Notes: generated by a model from the letters alone, not told the origin. A stretch of DNA of 63,119 nucleotides, filler included, from 9 parts of 9 records of this genome joined end to end with filler, not necessarily neighbours in it, one strand, 5' to 3'; positions 28,137 through 39,051 are shown, counted from the first letter of the whole stretch. Numbers and translations: made by a program.

Positions 28137-29362
28137 TGGTTGGTCTTGTCCAGCTCAAAAGCCTCGTGCAATGCCCGTACTGCCAGTTCGGTGTATTTTT
28201 CCGTAACAACGCAGGATATCTTGATCTCGGAAGTGCTTATCATCCTGATGTTGATGCCTTCCTTGGCCAGGGCCGCGAACATTTTCGTTGCCACGCCGGC
28301 ATGGCTGCGCATGCCCACGCCAATGAGCGACACCTTGGCGATCTGGTCGTCCCCCAGAACCCTTTCGGCGCCGATTTCCTTGGCTGTTTCGGTTACCAGG
28401 GCCATGGCTTTTTCAAAATCGGTCAAGGGAACGGTGAAGGAAAAGTCCGTCAATCCGTCTCCGCCGGCGCTGGTGTTCTGGATTATCATATCCACGACTA
28501 TATTCGCATCGGAAACCGCCGTGAGAATCTTGGCGGCCACGCCGGGCCTGTCGGGCACCTTAATAATAGTAATACGGGCCTCGTTTTTACTGTAGGCCAC
28601 TCCGGAGACGACGACTTTTTCCATCTCCTCATCCTCCTCTTGAATAAACGTTCCAATTTCATCGTTCTGGGAATGGCGCACGTGAATCTTCACTCCGTAT
28701 TTTTTCGCAAATTCAACGGAGCGTATCTCCATGACCTTTGCTCCAAGGCTGGCCATTTCCAACATCTCTTCATAAGAAATTCTATCCAATTTGCGGGCTT
28801 TTGCACACACATTCGGATCGGTCGTATAAATGCCGTTGACATCCGTGTATATCTCACAGGCATCCGCGTTCAGGGCCGCGGCCAAGGCAACGGCCGTGGT
28901 ATCGGATCCCCCGCGCCCCAGGGTTGTAATGTCGCCTTTTTCATCAAGCCCCTGGAAGCCGGCCACCGAGACAATGCGCCCTTTATCAAGCTGGTCCCGG
29001 ATACGGCTGGTGTCGATATCAAGTATCCTCGACTTCCCGTGGAGATGATCTGTAATGACCTTGGCCTGAAACCCCAGCAAAGATCTGGCTTCGGCGCCCT
29101 GGGCCTGGCAGGCCAGGCAAAAAAGCGACACCGATACCTGCTCGCCCGTGGATATGAGAACATCCACCTCGCGCAGGTCCGGCTGGGGAGCCATGTCATG
29201 AGCCATACCCAGAAGCCGATCCGTTTCACCGGCCATAGCCGACAGGACCACCACAACGTCATGACCCTCATTCTTCTTGCGGATCACCCTGGCCGCCACC
29301 TTGCGGATCAGATCCAGGGAACCCACCGAAGTCCCGCCGTATTTCTGTACGTATAATCCCAT
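28133..29362 (-). CDS. lysC: Aspartate kinase
   Basis: VQKYGGTSV, TTLGRGGSD, two ACT domains, STSEIKIS. Confidence 0.96.
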   Translation of the reverse strand: MGLYVQKYGGTSVGSLDLIRKVAARVIRKKNEGHDVVVVLSAMAGETDRLLGMAHDMAPQPDLREVDVLISTGEQVSVSLFCLACQAQGAEARSLLGFQAKVITDHLHGKSRILDIDTSRIRDQLDKGRIVSVAGFQGLDEKGDITTLGRGGSDTTAVALAAALNADACEIYTDVNGIYTTDPNVCAKARKLDRISYEEMLEMASLGAKVMEIRSVEFAKKYGVKIHVRHSQNDEIGTFIQEEDEEMEKVVVSGVAYSKNEARITIIKVPDRPGVAAKILTAVSDANIVVDMIIQNTSAGGDGLTDFSFTVPLTDFEKAMALVTETAKEIGAERVLGDDQIAKVSLIGVGMRSHAGVATKMFAALAKEGINIRMISTSEIKISCVVTEKYTELAVRALHEAFELDKTNH

Positions 29363-29469
29363 TTTGCTCTCCTGGTAGTATTAACGCCTTCCTCGTTCCG
29401 GCAAGGACAGACGTAAGTATTGCTTTTGTTTTATATATTCAGATGGAATATAGGGCTTTCCGCCTAAAT

Positions 29470-29946
29470 TTACGCAGGCGGGAAAACCTTTTTAATGCTG
29501 TCTATCAGTCCGTCAAAACCCCGACCCCGTGTAATAATAACCGCCAGCCGCCCGCCTCGTTCCGGCGTTAACTCCACTTCCAACCGCCTTGCCGGAAGAT
29601 CGTCCTCGATTCTTTCCGCCCACTCAACCACAGTCACTCCGGGACGGTGAAAATATTCATCAAGCCCGGTATCCAAAAATTCATCGCCGGACAATCGGTA
29701 CGCGTCAATGTGAAACAGAAAAGTCCGGCCCTTGTATTCATTGACCAGCACGAATGTCGGGCTGACTACTGGATATTCCTCGGGCACGCCCAGACCGGCC
29801 GCAATTCCCTGGGTCAGGCTGGTCTTGCCGGCGCCGAGGTCGCCGCGAAGAGCGACAGTATCTCCCTCGCCCAAACTCCGCCCCAGAATTTCTCCCAGCT
29901 TTCGAGTCTCTTCCGGACATGATAAAAAAACGCATATTCTCATCAA
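29470..29946 (-). CDS. tsaE: tRNA t6A biosynthesis ATPase TsaE
   Basis: GDLGAGKT, SPTF, HIDAYRL, VEWA. Confidence 0.95.
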   Translation of the reverse strand: MMRICVFLSCPEETRKLGEILGRSLGEGDTVALRGDLGAGKTSLTQGIAAGLGVPEEYPVVSPTFVLVNEYKGRTFLFHIDAYRLSGDEFLDTGLDEYFHRPGVTVVEWAERIEDDLPARRLEVELTPERGGRLAVIITRGRGFDGLIDSIKKVFPPA

Positions 29947-29976
29947 AAAACGCCGCCGTAAAGAAAAAGTTACTCG

Positions 29977-30429
29977 TCACCTCAAAAGGGAGCGGACGAT
30001 ATCAAGTTTGCCGATCACGCCCAAAAGCTTCCCGCCTTCAACAACAGGTATGGTGTGGACTTTTTTCTCGGTCATGATTGTGGCCACATCTTCCATGGTC
30101 GTTTCGGGACCGACGCTGATAACCTCACCGGTCATAATGTCCCCAACCGTGGTCCCGGCCATTTTATCCATTTCAGCCTTGAATTTATCCATGCTTTCCA
30201 GGTAAATGACCCAGTCAAAAAGAGTAATGGCATTCGGAATATGAGGATTTTTGTTCTGGGCCACCAGGTCGCTTTGGGAGGCCACGCCTATGATATTGCC
30301 GCCGTCGTCCAGTACGGGCGCGCCGCTGATACGATTGATGGCGAATATTTCAGCCAGTTGCAGAACACCCATATCCGGAGACAAGGTAATTACATCTTTA
30401 GACATTATATCGACAGCCGTCAGGCCCAT
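29977..30429 (-). CDS. CBS domain pair protein
   Basis: Two CBS repeats (DIMS..VIT; DIMT..VISV). Confidence 0.92.
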   Translation of the reverse strand: MGLTAVDIMSKDVITLSPDMGVLQLAEIFAINRISGAPVLDDGGNIIGVASQSDLVAQNKNPHIPNAITLFDWVIYLESMDKFKAEMDKMAGTTVGDIMTGEVISVGPETTMEDVATIMTEKKVHTIPVVEGGKLLGVIGKLDIVRSLLR

Positions 30430-30481
30430 GGTTTTCCTCCACAGCGGTATAAATCGCCATCCATATCAATATTGACGAAAT

Positions 30482-32026
30482 TTAGCAACCCATGTCGCGC
30501 CAAATTTCCGGAAGTTTTTCCAAAAGGTCGCCGGCCAGGACGCCGAAGGGTCCTTTTTCAGACGCCGCGCTATCCGCGGCCCGCCCGTGCGCGAACACGG
30601 CCAGGCGGGTTGAGTCAAGAAGTCCGGCGCCCTGTGAAGCAAGTCCCGCTATCATGCCGGTTAATATATCGCCCATTCCGCCCGAAGCCATATGAGGCCC
30701 ACCGGTCGTGCCCAAATACAAGGATCCATCCGGAGAAGAAACCACGGTCCGGTATCCTTTTAATACCGTAATAGCTCCATGCCTAGCGGCAAACCTGGTA
30801 GCCGCGCCCAACCGGTCGTTCTGAATTTCCGAAGTTTTTAGCCCGGTCAGCCTGGACATTTCTCCGGGGTGCGGGGTAATAACCACGCCCTTTAGAGCTT
30901 TTTTCAACAGTTCCGGGGCGCCGCCAAAAGCATTCAGGCCGTCAGCGTCAATGACTAGCGGAAGTTCGGCTTTTTCGACCAGGCGGCGGACCACGCTGAC
31001 AGCCCCTTCCCTGGCGCCCAGGCCCGGGCCGATTGCCAGCACGGATTTTCCTTCGGCCAATTCCAGGACCCTGTCTGCGGCTTCGGCGGAAATAAAGCCA
31101 GGTAATTCCTCGGGCAGAGGTTCGGTCATGGCTTCGACGACCATTGTTTCCAAAACCGGATTCAAACTCGAAGGGACGGCCAGGGTGATCAACCCGGCCC
31201 CGCTCCTGGCCGCGGCCAGGGCGGCCATGGCCGCGGCGCCTGTTTTGCCGGTTGACCCGGCCAAAAGGAGCACGTGGCCGAAGTCGCCTTTATGAGCCGT
31301 CCTTTTACGCGGCTTTATAATTCCGCGCAACGTATCTTCAAGCAATAGTTCCTTGCCGGGATCGGCTTCGGCCAAAACATGAGGCGGTATACCTATGTCG
31401 ACAACTTCCAGCCGTCCGGCCAGTTCTTCTCCCGGAGGCAGTAAAAGTCCGATTTTGGGCAGCCCGAAAGTGACGGTCAAATCAGCGCGAACAGCGGTCC
31501 CCAGAATACGGCCCGTATCGGAATCCAGTCCCGACGGCGTATCCACTGCCGCGACAGGCAGCCCTGACCGGTTGATTTTTTCTATAACGTCCCGGTAAAG
31601 GCCTCGAACATCAGAATTAAGACCTGTGCCCAGAATGGCGTCGACAATCAAATCCGCTTCCGAAAGGTCGAAAAGCTGCAACTGCTCTTCATTGACGATT
31701 TCTATGACTTCTATGCCCATTTTCAGGGCGACGTCAAGATTGATCTTTGCATCGCCGCCGACCTGGTCGATTTTTCCGAGAAGAAAAATCCGTACCATGG
31801 CGCCCCATCCGTGGAAGATCCTGGCCATGACATGTCCGTCTCCGCCGTTGTTTCCCCGGCCGCAGACAACCGCGACCCGGCGGCCGGCCAAATCTCCGAA
31901 ATGGGCCCGGGTTAAAACCGCGGCGCCGCGCCCCGCGTTTTCCATCAAAACAACGCCGGGTATGCCGCATTCGTTAATGGTCTTCTCGTCAAGTTTCCTC
32001 ATTTCAGCAGCAGTGCAGAACTTCAT
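30482..32026 (-). CDS. nnr: Bifunctional NAD(P)H-hydrate epimerase/dehydratase
   Basis: LMENAG, GNNGGDG, HKG.FG, TPHPGE, GG.GD.L.G. Confidence 0.95.
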   Translation of the reverse strand: MKFCTAAEMRKLDEKTINECGIPGVVLMENAGRGAAVLTRAHFGDLAGRRVAVVCGRGNNGGDGHVMARIFHGWGAMVRIFLLGKIDQVGGDAKINLDVALKMGIEVIEIVNEEQLQLFDLSEADLIVDAILGTGLNSDVRGLYRDVIEKINRSGLPVAAVDTPSGLDSDTGRILGTAVRADLTVTFGLPKIGLLLPPGEELAGRLEVVDIGIPPHVLAEADPGKELLLEDTLRGIIKPRKRTAHKGDFGHVLLLAGSTGKTGAAAMAALAAARSGAGLITLAVPSSLNPVLETMVVEAMTEPLPEELPGFISAEAADRVLELAEGKSVLAIGPGLGAREGAVSVVRRLVEKAELPLVIDADGLNAFGGAPELLKKALKGVVITPHPGEMSRLTGLKTSEIQNDRLGAATRFAARHGAITVLKGYRTVVSSPDGSLYLGTTGGPHMASGGMGDILTGMIAGLASQGAGLLDSTRLAVFAHGRAADSAASEKGPFGVLAGDLLEKLPEIWRDMGC

Positions 32027-32410
32027 TTAAGACACCTCGACAATAACAAAAGCCTGGGCCAGGCCGGCTTCATCGGTCAGCGAAAGATGGCAGGCGGTCA
32101 TCCCGATTTCATCGGCCGCTGCGGCGGCGGTTCCCAAAAGGTTGAACGACGGTTTACCCTGCCGGTCGTGGACTATTTCTATGTCCCTCCACAGAAGCCT
32201 TGACGACCGCAGCCCTATACCCACGGCTTTGGAAAAAGCTTCCTTGGCGGCAAAACGCATGGCCAGACAATTGGCCGGACGCGGACGCGTGCGGCAAACA
32301 GACACTTCGTTCGGGGTGAAAACCCGTTTTTCAAAACGGGCGCCCCACCGCTTCCAGGCCTTGTCGATGCGGGCCGCGTCTACAAGATCAACTCCGACTC
32401 CGTATATCAT
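32027..32410 (-). CDS. acpS: Holo-[acyl-carrier-protein] synthase
   Basis: GVGVDLV, RFAAKEAFSKA, G.P. Confidence 0.95.
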   Translation of the reverse strand: MIYGVGVDLVDAARIDKAWKRWGARFEKRVFTPNEVSVCRTRPRPANCLAMRFAAKEAFSKAVGIGLRSSRLLWRDIEIVHDRQGKPSFNLLGTAAAAADEIGMTACHLSLTDEAGLAQAFVIVEVS

Positions 32411-32442
32411 AAAAACAATTCCGTCAAAAAATGAACGGACTC

Positions 32443-33162
32443 CTACAAACGGCTGACCAGAACCGCCATGTCCCTGACCGCCCTGTCCAGGCCGACCATA
32501 ATCGCCCTGGCCATTATGGCGTGGCCGATGGAATAATCCTCAACTTCCCTCTGCCCGGCGAACCGCTGAATATTAAAATAGTTCAAGCCGTGGCCGAGAT
32601 TGACACGCAGTCCGTATTCCGCGGACAGCTTGATTCCGTCGACAATTTTGTTGAAATGAAAATCAGCTTCCGCTTCGGTGACGCTGTCCGCATAGGCGCC
32701 GGTGTGCAATTCCACAAAATCGGCGCCGACTTCCATTGACGCCTTGACCTGGTCAGGCTCCGCATCAACAAAAAGGCTGACCAGTATATCGGCTTTATGA
32801 AGAACCTCTATGGATTGGACCAGGTGATCCCTCTGGCCGTTGACGTCCAACCCGCCCTCTGTAGTCAGTTCCTGCCGTTTTTCCGGGACCAGGGTGCACA
32901 TGAACGGTTTCGTGTCAACGGCGATGCCGATCATTTCCTCGGTTGCCGCCATCTCGAAGTTAAGCCTTGTCTTTATTGTTTCCTTGATAAGCCTGACGTC
33001 GCGATCCTGTATGTGGCGGCGATCCTCCCGCAAATGAACGATGATTCCCTGGGCGCCGGCCATTTCCGCAATAGCAGCCGCGGCGACAGGATCGGGTTCA
33101 ATCCCTCCGCGTGCCTGGCGCAATGTAGCTACATGATCCACGTTAACGGATAAAGTTGCCAT
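32443..33162 (-). CDS. pdxJ: Pyridoxine 5'-phosphate synthase
   Basis: VNVDHVATLRQAR, HLREDRRHI, ELHTG, GHGL. Confidence 0.97.
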   Translation of the reverse strand: MATLSVNVDHVATLRQARGGIEPDPVAAAAIAEMAGAQGIIVHLREDRRHIQDRDVRLIKETIKTRLNFEMAATEEMIGIAVDTKPFMCTLVPEKRQELTTEGGLDVNGQRDHLVQSIEVLHKADILVSLFVDAEPDQVKASMEVGADFVELHTGAYADSVTEAEADFHFNKIVDGIKLSAEYGLRVNLGHGLNYFNIQRFAGQREVEDYSIGHAIMARAIMVGLDRAVRDMAVLVSRL

Positions 33163-33197
33163 GCTTATCCTCCTTTACACGATATATTCATACACGG

Positions 33198-33230
33198 AAA
33201 AAAACGCACCTGACTTTTCAGTCAAGTGCA
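33198..33230 (-). terminator. Intrinsic terminator upstream of pdxJ
   Basis: Minus strand GCACTTGACT-GAAA-AGTCAGGTGC followed by a T-tract. Confidence 0.65.
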
Positions 33231-33273
33231 TAAATCGGGTTCTTTTACAAGCCATCTCAAAAATAGGAGTTTG

Positions 33274-33373
33274 NNNNNNNNNNNNNNNNNNNNNNNNNNN
33301 NNNNNNNNNNNNNNNNNTTAATTAATTAANNNNNNNNNNNNNNNNNNNNNNNNNNNNNNNNNNNNNNNNNNNN
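33274..33373. other. Artificial contig spacer
   Basis: N44-TTAATTAATTAA-N44. Confidence 0.98.
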
Positions 33374-33617
33374 ACCTTGGAAAAAATCTCACATTTCTGG
33401 ACACACACTAGTAAGCAAAAAATGTTTATTCATATGTAATGATAATATATTGCCTCTTTGGCGAAAGGAGCCCGCCCCCTTCGAACCGGCGCCAAAATTA
33501 TTCCCGCAGAACATGCCTTCGCCATATGGTTTAACTCTGAAATTCGCTGCTGGAGTTGAATGAATCAAGGAGGGGAGAGGACAGTTTCGAAATAGATTTA
33601 ACATGTAATTTTCATGG

Positions 33618-35984
33618 GTGATATCAGTGGTCATCAAACCGACCATATGGCGAAAATTGATCTTGCTTTTTATTTCAGTGGGGCTTCTTTCGTTTACCGT
33701 CCTGGGGCTGCTGAGTTACCGGGAGCTTCGACGGGAAAAACTTCTATCAATTGAATCCAATTTAAGCGGCCAATTGAAGCAACTGGATTTGATGGTCGGA
33801 AGTTTGTTTTCCGATGTTGAGGCCGGCGTCCAGGTGCTTGCACATAACCCGGTAGTGCGCACTCGGAATGATGCGGATTTTACCAACTTCACTCAAGCTG
33901 ACGAAAAGACGTTCACTTACAATATTGGCCCGGTTGAAGCCAGGATCAGGCAGCTTTTCGCCCGGTACCGGAAATATTACGAAAATGTAAATTCGGTTTA
34001 CATGGGGAGGGAAAACGGGGGTTTTGCCAGGTCTCACAAGAGAGCGCGGCCGACCCGCTACGATCCCCGTAAGCGCGATTGGTACAAACTGGCTCGGGAT
34101 AATCCGGGTAAGGTGATGCGCACAAAGGCTTACAGATCGGTTACTACTGATGACGTAAATATTGGGACCACAACGGCCCTGCTTGACGAGGATGGCCGGG
34201 TTTACGGCGTGGTCGGCATGGATGTTACACTCAAGGATTTAAGCCGGTTCGTTTCCAACATGAAATTGGACTATGACGCCCGTGCGGCTTTGATAACAAA
34301 GGATGGAGAAATATTAGCCGCTGCCTGGCCGCCATTGAAAGGGAAAAACATCAAGGAAGTGTTTCCTGATAACGCGGCAGATATTCTCTCCCAGGAATCC
34401 GGCTGCCGGGCGACCCGGTCGGGCGATTTTGCACTCTGCCACATGACTTCCGACCGCCTTGGCTGGAAGATCCTGGTAATAACTCCTTTTAAATCCATTA
34501 ACGCTGAAGTCTTCACTTTCGCGTTTCGCATGCTGGCCATAATATTTTTATTATTGGCGGTTTTGGGGCTTTTGATAGGGGCGGGTCTGCAGAGGTTTGT
34601 GATAAGCCGTATTCAGAACCTGAGCAACAAGGCCGAGGAAATAACACGTACCGGTGAACTGACGGCATTCATTGACATCGGTTCAGACGATGAAATCGGG
34701 GCCTTGGGCCGGTCTTTCAACCGAATGGTGTCCAAGATTAAAGAAATGGACGATCAACTAAGGGAACATTCAACGGAATTGGAGGAGATGGTCCGGGCCA
34801 GGACGGCGGAACTGGCCGAAGCCAACCGGGAATTGGAGGATGAACTGGGTTTAAGGTCGCAAGCGGAACAGGATTTGAAAATCCAAAAGGCATATTTGGA
34901 GCAGTTGTTCGCACTCTCTCCGGAAGCCATTGTCCTGATTGATAGTGACGATCGCGTAATGCGCGTAAATTCGGAGTTCACTAATGTCTTTGGATTCAGC
35001 GCCGAGGAAGCGGTGGGCCGATCCCTTGATGAAACCATAATTCCGCAGGAATTGAGCGAGGAGGGAGCCGGCCTCAAAAAACAGCTTGTTTCCGGAAATA
35101 GGATATTCACGGAAACAAAACGGAAGCACAAAGACGGGCGCCTGGTGGACGTTTCCATAATCGGTATCAAGGTGGAGCTTGGGGGCAATCATTATGGCGT
35201 GTACGCAATTTACCGGGATATTAGTCATAAAAAACATCAGGAAGAAGAGCTGCGCCGGGCCAAGGACGCGGCGGAATCGGCCGACCGGCTTAAATCGGCC
35301 TTTTTGGCTTCCATGTCCCACGAGCTGCGCACCCCCCTTAATTCCATAATAGGATTTACCGGAATACTGCTTCAAAAGTTGCCGGGACCTCTTAATGCGG
35401 AACAGGAAAAGCAGATGGGCATGGTGCAGACCAGCGCCCGAATTCTGTTGGATCTTATTAACGACGTTTTGGATATTTCAAAAATTGAAGCGGGCCAATT
35501 GGAGTTGTCCAGGGAAAGTTTCAATTTCAGGGAGTCAATGGACAAGGTATTGAGTATAATAGGACCGATGGCGGATAAAAAAGGAATCGCCCTTACATAC
35601 GGCATTGACAAATCCATCGGCGAGATACATACGGACAAACGCCGCTTCGAGCAGATATTGCTGAATCTTCTCAGTAATGCCGTTAAATTCACCGAGCAGG
35701 GATCAGTCAGAGTTGAATCCGAGCTTAACGGCGGGAGAGTGGTCACAAGCGTCAGAGACACGGGCATAGGAATGAAAAGAGAAGATATGGACAGGCTGTT
35801 CAATCCTTTTGAGCAAATCGACACCGGCCTTGCCCGGCGATACGAGGGGACGGGCCTGGGCTTGTCCATCTGCAAAAGACTGGTCGAAATGATGGGCGGG
35901 AAAGTATGGGCGGAGAGCGATGGGCCGGGCCTGGGCAGCGTTTTTATTTTTGAATTGCCGATAGCCCTTGAGGAGTCGAAATGA
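33618..35984 (+). CDS. Sensor histidine kinase (dCache-HAMP-PAS-HisKA-HATPase)
   Basis: Two TMs around a Cache domain, HAMP DEIGALG..FN.M, PAS, MSHELRTPLN, NAVKFT, GTGLGL. Confidence 0.93.
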   Translation: MISVVIKPTIWRKLILLFISVGLLSFTVLGLLSYRELRREKLLSIESNLSGQLKQLDLMVGSLFSDVEAGVQVLAHNPVVRTRNDADFTNFTQADEKTFTYNIGPVEARIRQLFARYRKYYENVNSVYMGRENGGFARSHKRARPTRYDPRKRDWYKLARDNPGKVMRTKAYRSVTTDDVNIGTTTALLDEDGRVYGVVGMDVTLKDLSRFVSNMKLDYDARAALITKDGEILAAAWPPLKGKNIKEVFPDNAADILSQESGCRATRSGDFALCHMTSDRLGWKILVITPFKSINAEVFTFAFRMLAIIFLLLAVLGLLIGAGLQRFVISRIQNLSNKAEEITRTGELTAFIDIGSDDEIGALGRSFNRMVSKIKEMDDQLREHSTELEEMVRARTAELAEANRELEDELGLRSQAEQDLKIQKAYLEQLFALSPEAIVLIDSDDRVMRVNSEFTNVFGFSAEEAVGRSLDETIIPQELSEEGAGLKKQLVSGNRIFTETKRKHKDGRLVDVSIIGIKVELGGNHYGVYAIYRDISHKKHQEEELRRAKDAAESADRLKSAFLASMSHELRTPLNSIIGFTGILLQKLPGPLNAEQEKQMGMVQTSARILLDLINDVLDISKIEAGQLELSRESFNFRESMDKVLSIIGPMADKKGIALTYGIDKSIGEIHTDKRRFEQILLNLLSNAVKFTEQGSVRVESELNGGRVVTSVRDTGIGMKREDMDRLFNPFEQIDTGLARRYEGTGLGLSICKRLVEMMGGKVWAESDGPGLGSVFIFELPIALEESK

Positions 35985-36367
35985 AAAAAAAGGTTCTGGT
36001 CATAGAAGACAACGAACAGAACATCTACCTGATGGATTTTCTTTTGAAGAGCAACGGATTTGAGGTGATCCAGGCGCGGGATGGGATGACTGGAATCGAA
36101 ATGGCCCGGGAGACAGATCCTGATTTAATTTTACTGGACATCCAACTCCCCGGAATGGATGGTTATAGTGTGGCAAAACGCCTTGGAAGCGATTCGGAGT
36201 TATCGAGAGCGCCCATTGTGGCCGTAACATCATATGCCATGGTCGGCGATAAGGAAAAGGCTCTAGAAGCCGGCTGCACCGGATATATTGAAAAGCCCAT
36301 AAATCCGGATACTTTTATCGCCGCTATATCCCAATATCTTAATCCGCCGTCAAACGGGAAGGAATAG
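35981..36367 (+). CDS. Single-domain response regulator (DivK-like)
   Basis: VIEDN, LLDIQLPGMDG, AVTSYAM.GD, KPI. Confidence 0.94.
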   Translation: MKKKVLVIEDNEQNIYLMDFLLKSNGFEVIQARDGMTGIEMARETDPDLILLDIQLPGMDGYSVAKRLGSDSELSRAPIVAVTSYAMVGDKEKALEAGCTGYIEKPINPDTFIAAISQYLNPPSNGKE

Positions 36368-36370
36368 GAC

Positions 36371-38395
36371 ATGGTCAGGATTTTGATCGCCGACGACATG
36401 GAGCAGAATAGATATATGCTTGAGGTGCTGCTCACCGGACACGGGCATGAAGTAGTTTCGGCGTCCAATGGCGAGGAAGCGATTAATATCGCCAGGTCTA
36501 CGCCTGTTGATCTAATTGTCACCGACATTCTTATGCCTGTTAAGGATGGGTTTACACTTTGCCGGGAATGGAGAGCCGATGAATTTCTAAAAAAAATCCC
36601 TTTCATCTTTTATTCGGCCACTTATACGGATCAGAAAGATATAGACCTCGGTTTGAGCCTGGGCGCCGACCGTTTTCTGATCAAGCCCATGGAACCCGAA
36701 GAGTTAATAACTGCATTAGAAGAGGTTTTGAATAAAAAGGCGGCAGAGAATGATACAGGTAAGGAACCTCTTGGAGATTCGGAATATCTGCTGGACTACA
36801 ATAAAGCCCTGGTTCGAAAGCTTGAGAAAAAAATGCTCCAGCTGGAGTCGGAAATCAATGTGCGCCGCGATACGGAAGCCCGGTTGTTAATGTTTAAAAC
36901 CGCCATTGAGAATACGGACGAGTCAATTATTATAACTGATGCCGATGGATTGATTGAATATGCGAACCCGGCTTTTGAAAAGACAACCGGTTATAGGCGT
37001 GAAGAGGCCCTTGGACTGCGCCCTGAATATTTTGAAGGTCCAAACCCGGAGGACGGCAAGACCTGGAGTTCGATCAAAAGTAGTGAAACAGGGCGGGGTC
37101 ATTTAACCAATAGAACCAAGGCCGGTAAAATCATTGAGCTGGAGGCGACCATATCCCCGATTCCCGTGGAATCCGGAGGGATAGGCGGTTATGTCTCGGT
37201 AATGAGGGACATAACCCGGCAGATAGCCATGGAAAGCCACTTGGCCCAGTCTCAAAAGATGGAGGCCATCGGCACTTTGGCCGGCGGCATCGCACACGAT
37301 TTTAACAATATATTGGGCGCTATCGCGGGTTACAATCAATTGGCCCTGTTTGAAAGTTCTGAAGAAAGTAAATTTACAAATTATCTCAATTCAGCCCTTG
37401 AAGCCTGTGACCGGGCAAAACACCTTATTGAACAGATTCTGACTTTCAGTCGAAAAACCGAACAGAAAAAGGTGCTGGTAGAGTTGGCGCCATTGATTAA
37501 GGAAAGCCATAAGTTTTTAAGGGCTCTTATTCCGCCGACCATCGATATAAGGATTCAACTTGAGGCAAAAGCCGGGTACATCCAGGCGGACCCGGTCCAG
37601 GTCCAGCAGGTTATTCTTAATCTTTGCACGAATGCCGTTTATGCCATGCGCGACAGCGGGGGCATTCTGGATATCATACTGCGACGGATTGAATTGGACA
37701 GCGTAACCAGCCGTTCTTATCCGGAGCTTACGCCCGGGTTGTATTTTTTACTCTCGTTCTGCGACGCCGGATGCGGAATGGACAAGGAGACCCAGGGCAA
37801 GATTTTCGAACCTTTTTTCACTACCAAGGAGCGAGGTGAAGGGACAGGATTGGGACTTGCCGTGGCTCACGGCATAGTGCAGGCGCACAACGGGACTATT
37901 GCCGTGTATAGTGAATTGGGGCATGGATCGACCTTTAATGTTTATTTTCCTGAAGCGGAGGGCGTGGCCAGAGGGGATGAAAAACGCGGCCCGATTCATT
38001 TGCCCACAGGCAGCGAGCATATTTTATATGTGGATGACGAGCAGGACCTTATCAGCATAGGATCGCAGATGCTCGGCAAGCTTGGCTATCGTGTTACTAC
38101 CGCATTTTCGGGGAATGAGGCCCTCAGTTTGTTTGAAAAAGATCCACAGGCATTTGACCTGGTTATCACTGATCAGATAATGCGCGGCATGACCGGGACG
38201 AACCTGGCGGTTCTCTTGAAGAATCTAAGTCCTGGCATTCCTATAATTTTATGCACCGGCTTCAGCACTCAAAATCTTGAGGATAAGGCCGGGGAAATCG
38301 GAATCGCCCGTTTGATGACCAAGCCTTTCGATTTCAGGGAACTGGCCATAGCGGTCAGGAATATACTTGACGGTAAGGACGCTGAAAAAGAATAG
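36371..38395 (+). CDS. Hybrid sensor kinase (REC-PAS-HisKA-HATPase-REC)
   Basis: N-terminal REC, GIAHDFNNIL, PFFTTK..GTGLGL, C-terminal REC. Confidence 0.93.
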   Translation: MVRILIADDMEQNRYMLEVLLTGHGHEVVSASNGEEAINIARSTPVDLIVTDILMPVKDGFTLCREWRADEFLKKIPFIFYSATYTDQKDIDLGLSLGADRFLIKPMEPEELITALEEVLNKKAAENDTGKEPLGDSEYLLDYNKALVRKLEKKMLQLESEINVRRDTEARLLMFKTAIENTDESIIITDADGLIEYANPAFEKTTGYRREEALGLRPEYFEGPNPEDGKTWSSIKSSETGRGHLTNRTKAGKIIELEATISPIPVESGGIGGYVSVMRDITRQIAMESHLAQSQKMEAIGTLAGGIAHDFNNILGAIAGYNQLALFESSEESKFTNYLNSALEACDRAKHLIEQILTFSRKTEQKKVLVELAPLIKESHKFLRALIPPTIDIRIQLEAKAGYIQADPVQVQQVILNLCTNAVYAMRDSGGILDIILRRIELDSVTSRSYPELTPGLYFLLSFCDAGCGMDKETQGKIFEPFFTTKERGEGTGLGLAVAHGIVQAHNGTIAVYSELGHGSTFNVYFPEAEGVARGDEKRGPIHLPTGSEHILYVDDEQDLISIGSQMLGKLGYRVTTAFSGNEALSLFEKDPQAFDLVITDQIMRGMTGTNLAVLLKNLSPGIPIILCTGFSTQNLEDKAGEIGIARLMTKPFDFRELAIAVRNILDGKDAEKE

Positions 38396-38424
38396 ATGAT
38401 GCTGAAAAACGGAGGGTTGCTTGC

Positions 38425-39051
38425 ATGACAGCCGATCTCGCTAATCTAACTCCTGTTAATAGACCCCGGATCAGATCAGCCGGCCTCATTTTTGCCAAGG
38501 CCTTTATGGACGATCCTTTTATTTCACATGTCTTTCCGGGCCTGGAAAAAAGGGAATTGAAATCGGCGCAATATTTCAGGTTATTACTGCAATATGTTCA
38601 TCGTTACGGCGAGATGTTTGCTCCTTCCGGCGAGATGCAGGGCGTCTCCGCCTGGGTTCCTTCGGAACAATGCGGCTTCTCGCTTTGGAAAACAATTCGA
38701 ACCGGCGGGCTGAAAACTCCCTTCCTTATTGGGTTTGACGCTTTTAAACGCCTTAACCTGGTCGTAAATCATGTTATGTCCGTTCAAGAAAGAGTTGCCC
38801 CGGCAAAATACATGTATTTAAACGCGTTATGCGTATCGCCGGAATATCAGGGCCGGGGCTTTTCAACAAAACTGCTCCGGCCGATGTTTGACAGGCTGGA
38901 TAAAGAAAACAGGCCTTGTTACATGGAGACTCAAAAACCGGGCTTGATCCAGTTTTATGAAAAATTCGGTTTTAAGTTAATAGATGAGAGCCCGGTTCCC
39001 GGCACGCCCCTTGTCAACCTGGTCATGCTGCGCAATCCCGACAGTGGGTAA
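38425..39051 (+). CDS. GNAT family N-acetyltransferase
   Basis: AF.DDP, V.PEYQGRG, FYEKFGF. Confidence 0.88.
   Translation: MTADLANLTPVNRPRIRSAGLIFAKAFMDDPFISHVFPGLEKRELKSAQYFRLLLQYVHRYGEMFAPSGEMQGVSAWVPSEQCGFSLWKTIRTGGLKTPFLIGFDAFKRLNLVVNHVMSVQERVAPAKYMYLNALCVSPEYQGRGFSTKLLRPMFDRLDKENRPCYMETQKPGLIQFYEKFGFKLIDESPVPGTPLVNLVMLRNPDSG

Noticed and set aside
26866-33162. pdxJ-acpS-nnr-CBS-tsaE-lysC-cimA cluster
   Set aside because: Ordinary conserved deltaproteobacterial housekeeping arrangement.
33374-33411. Possible IS end (TTCTGGACACACACTAG) at contig start
   Set aside because: No transposase or partner inverted repeat visible; cannot be supported.
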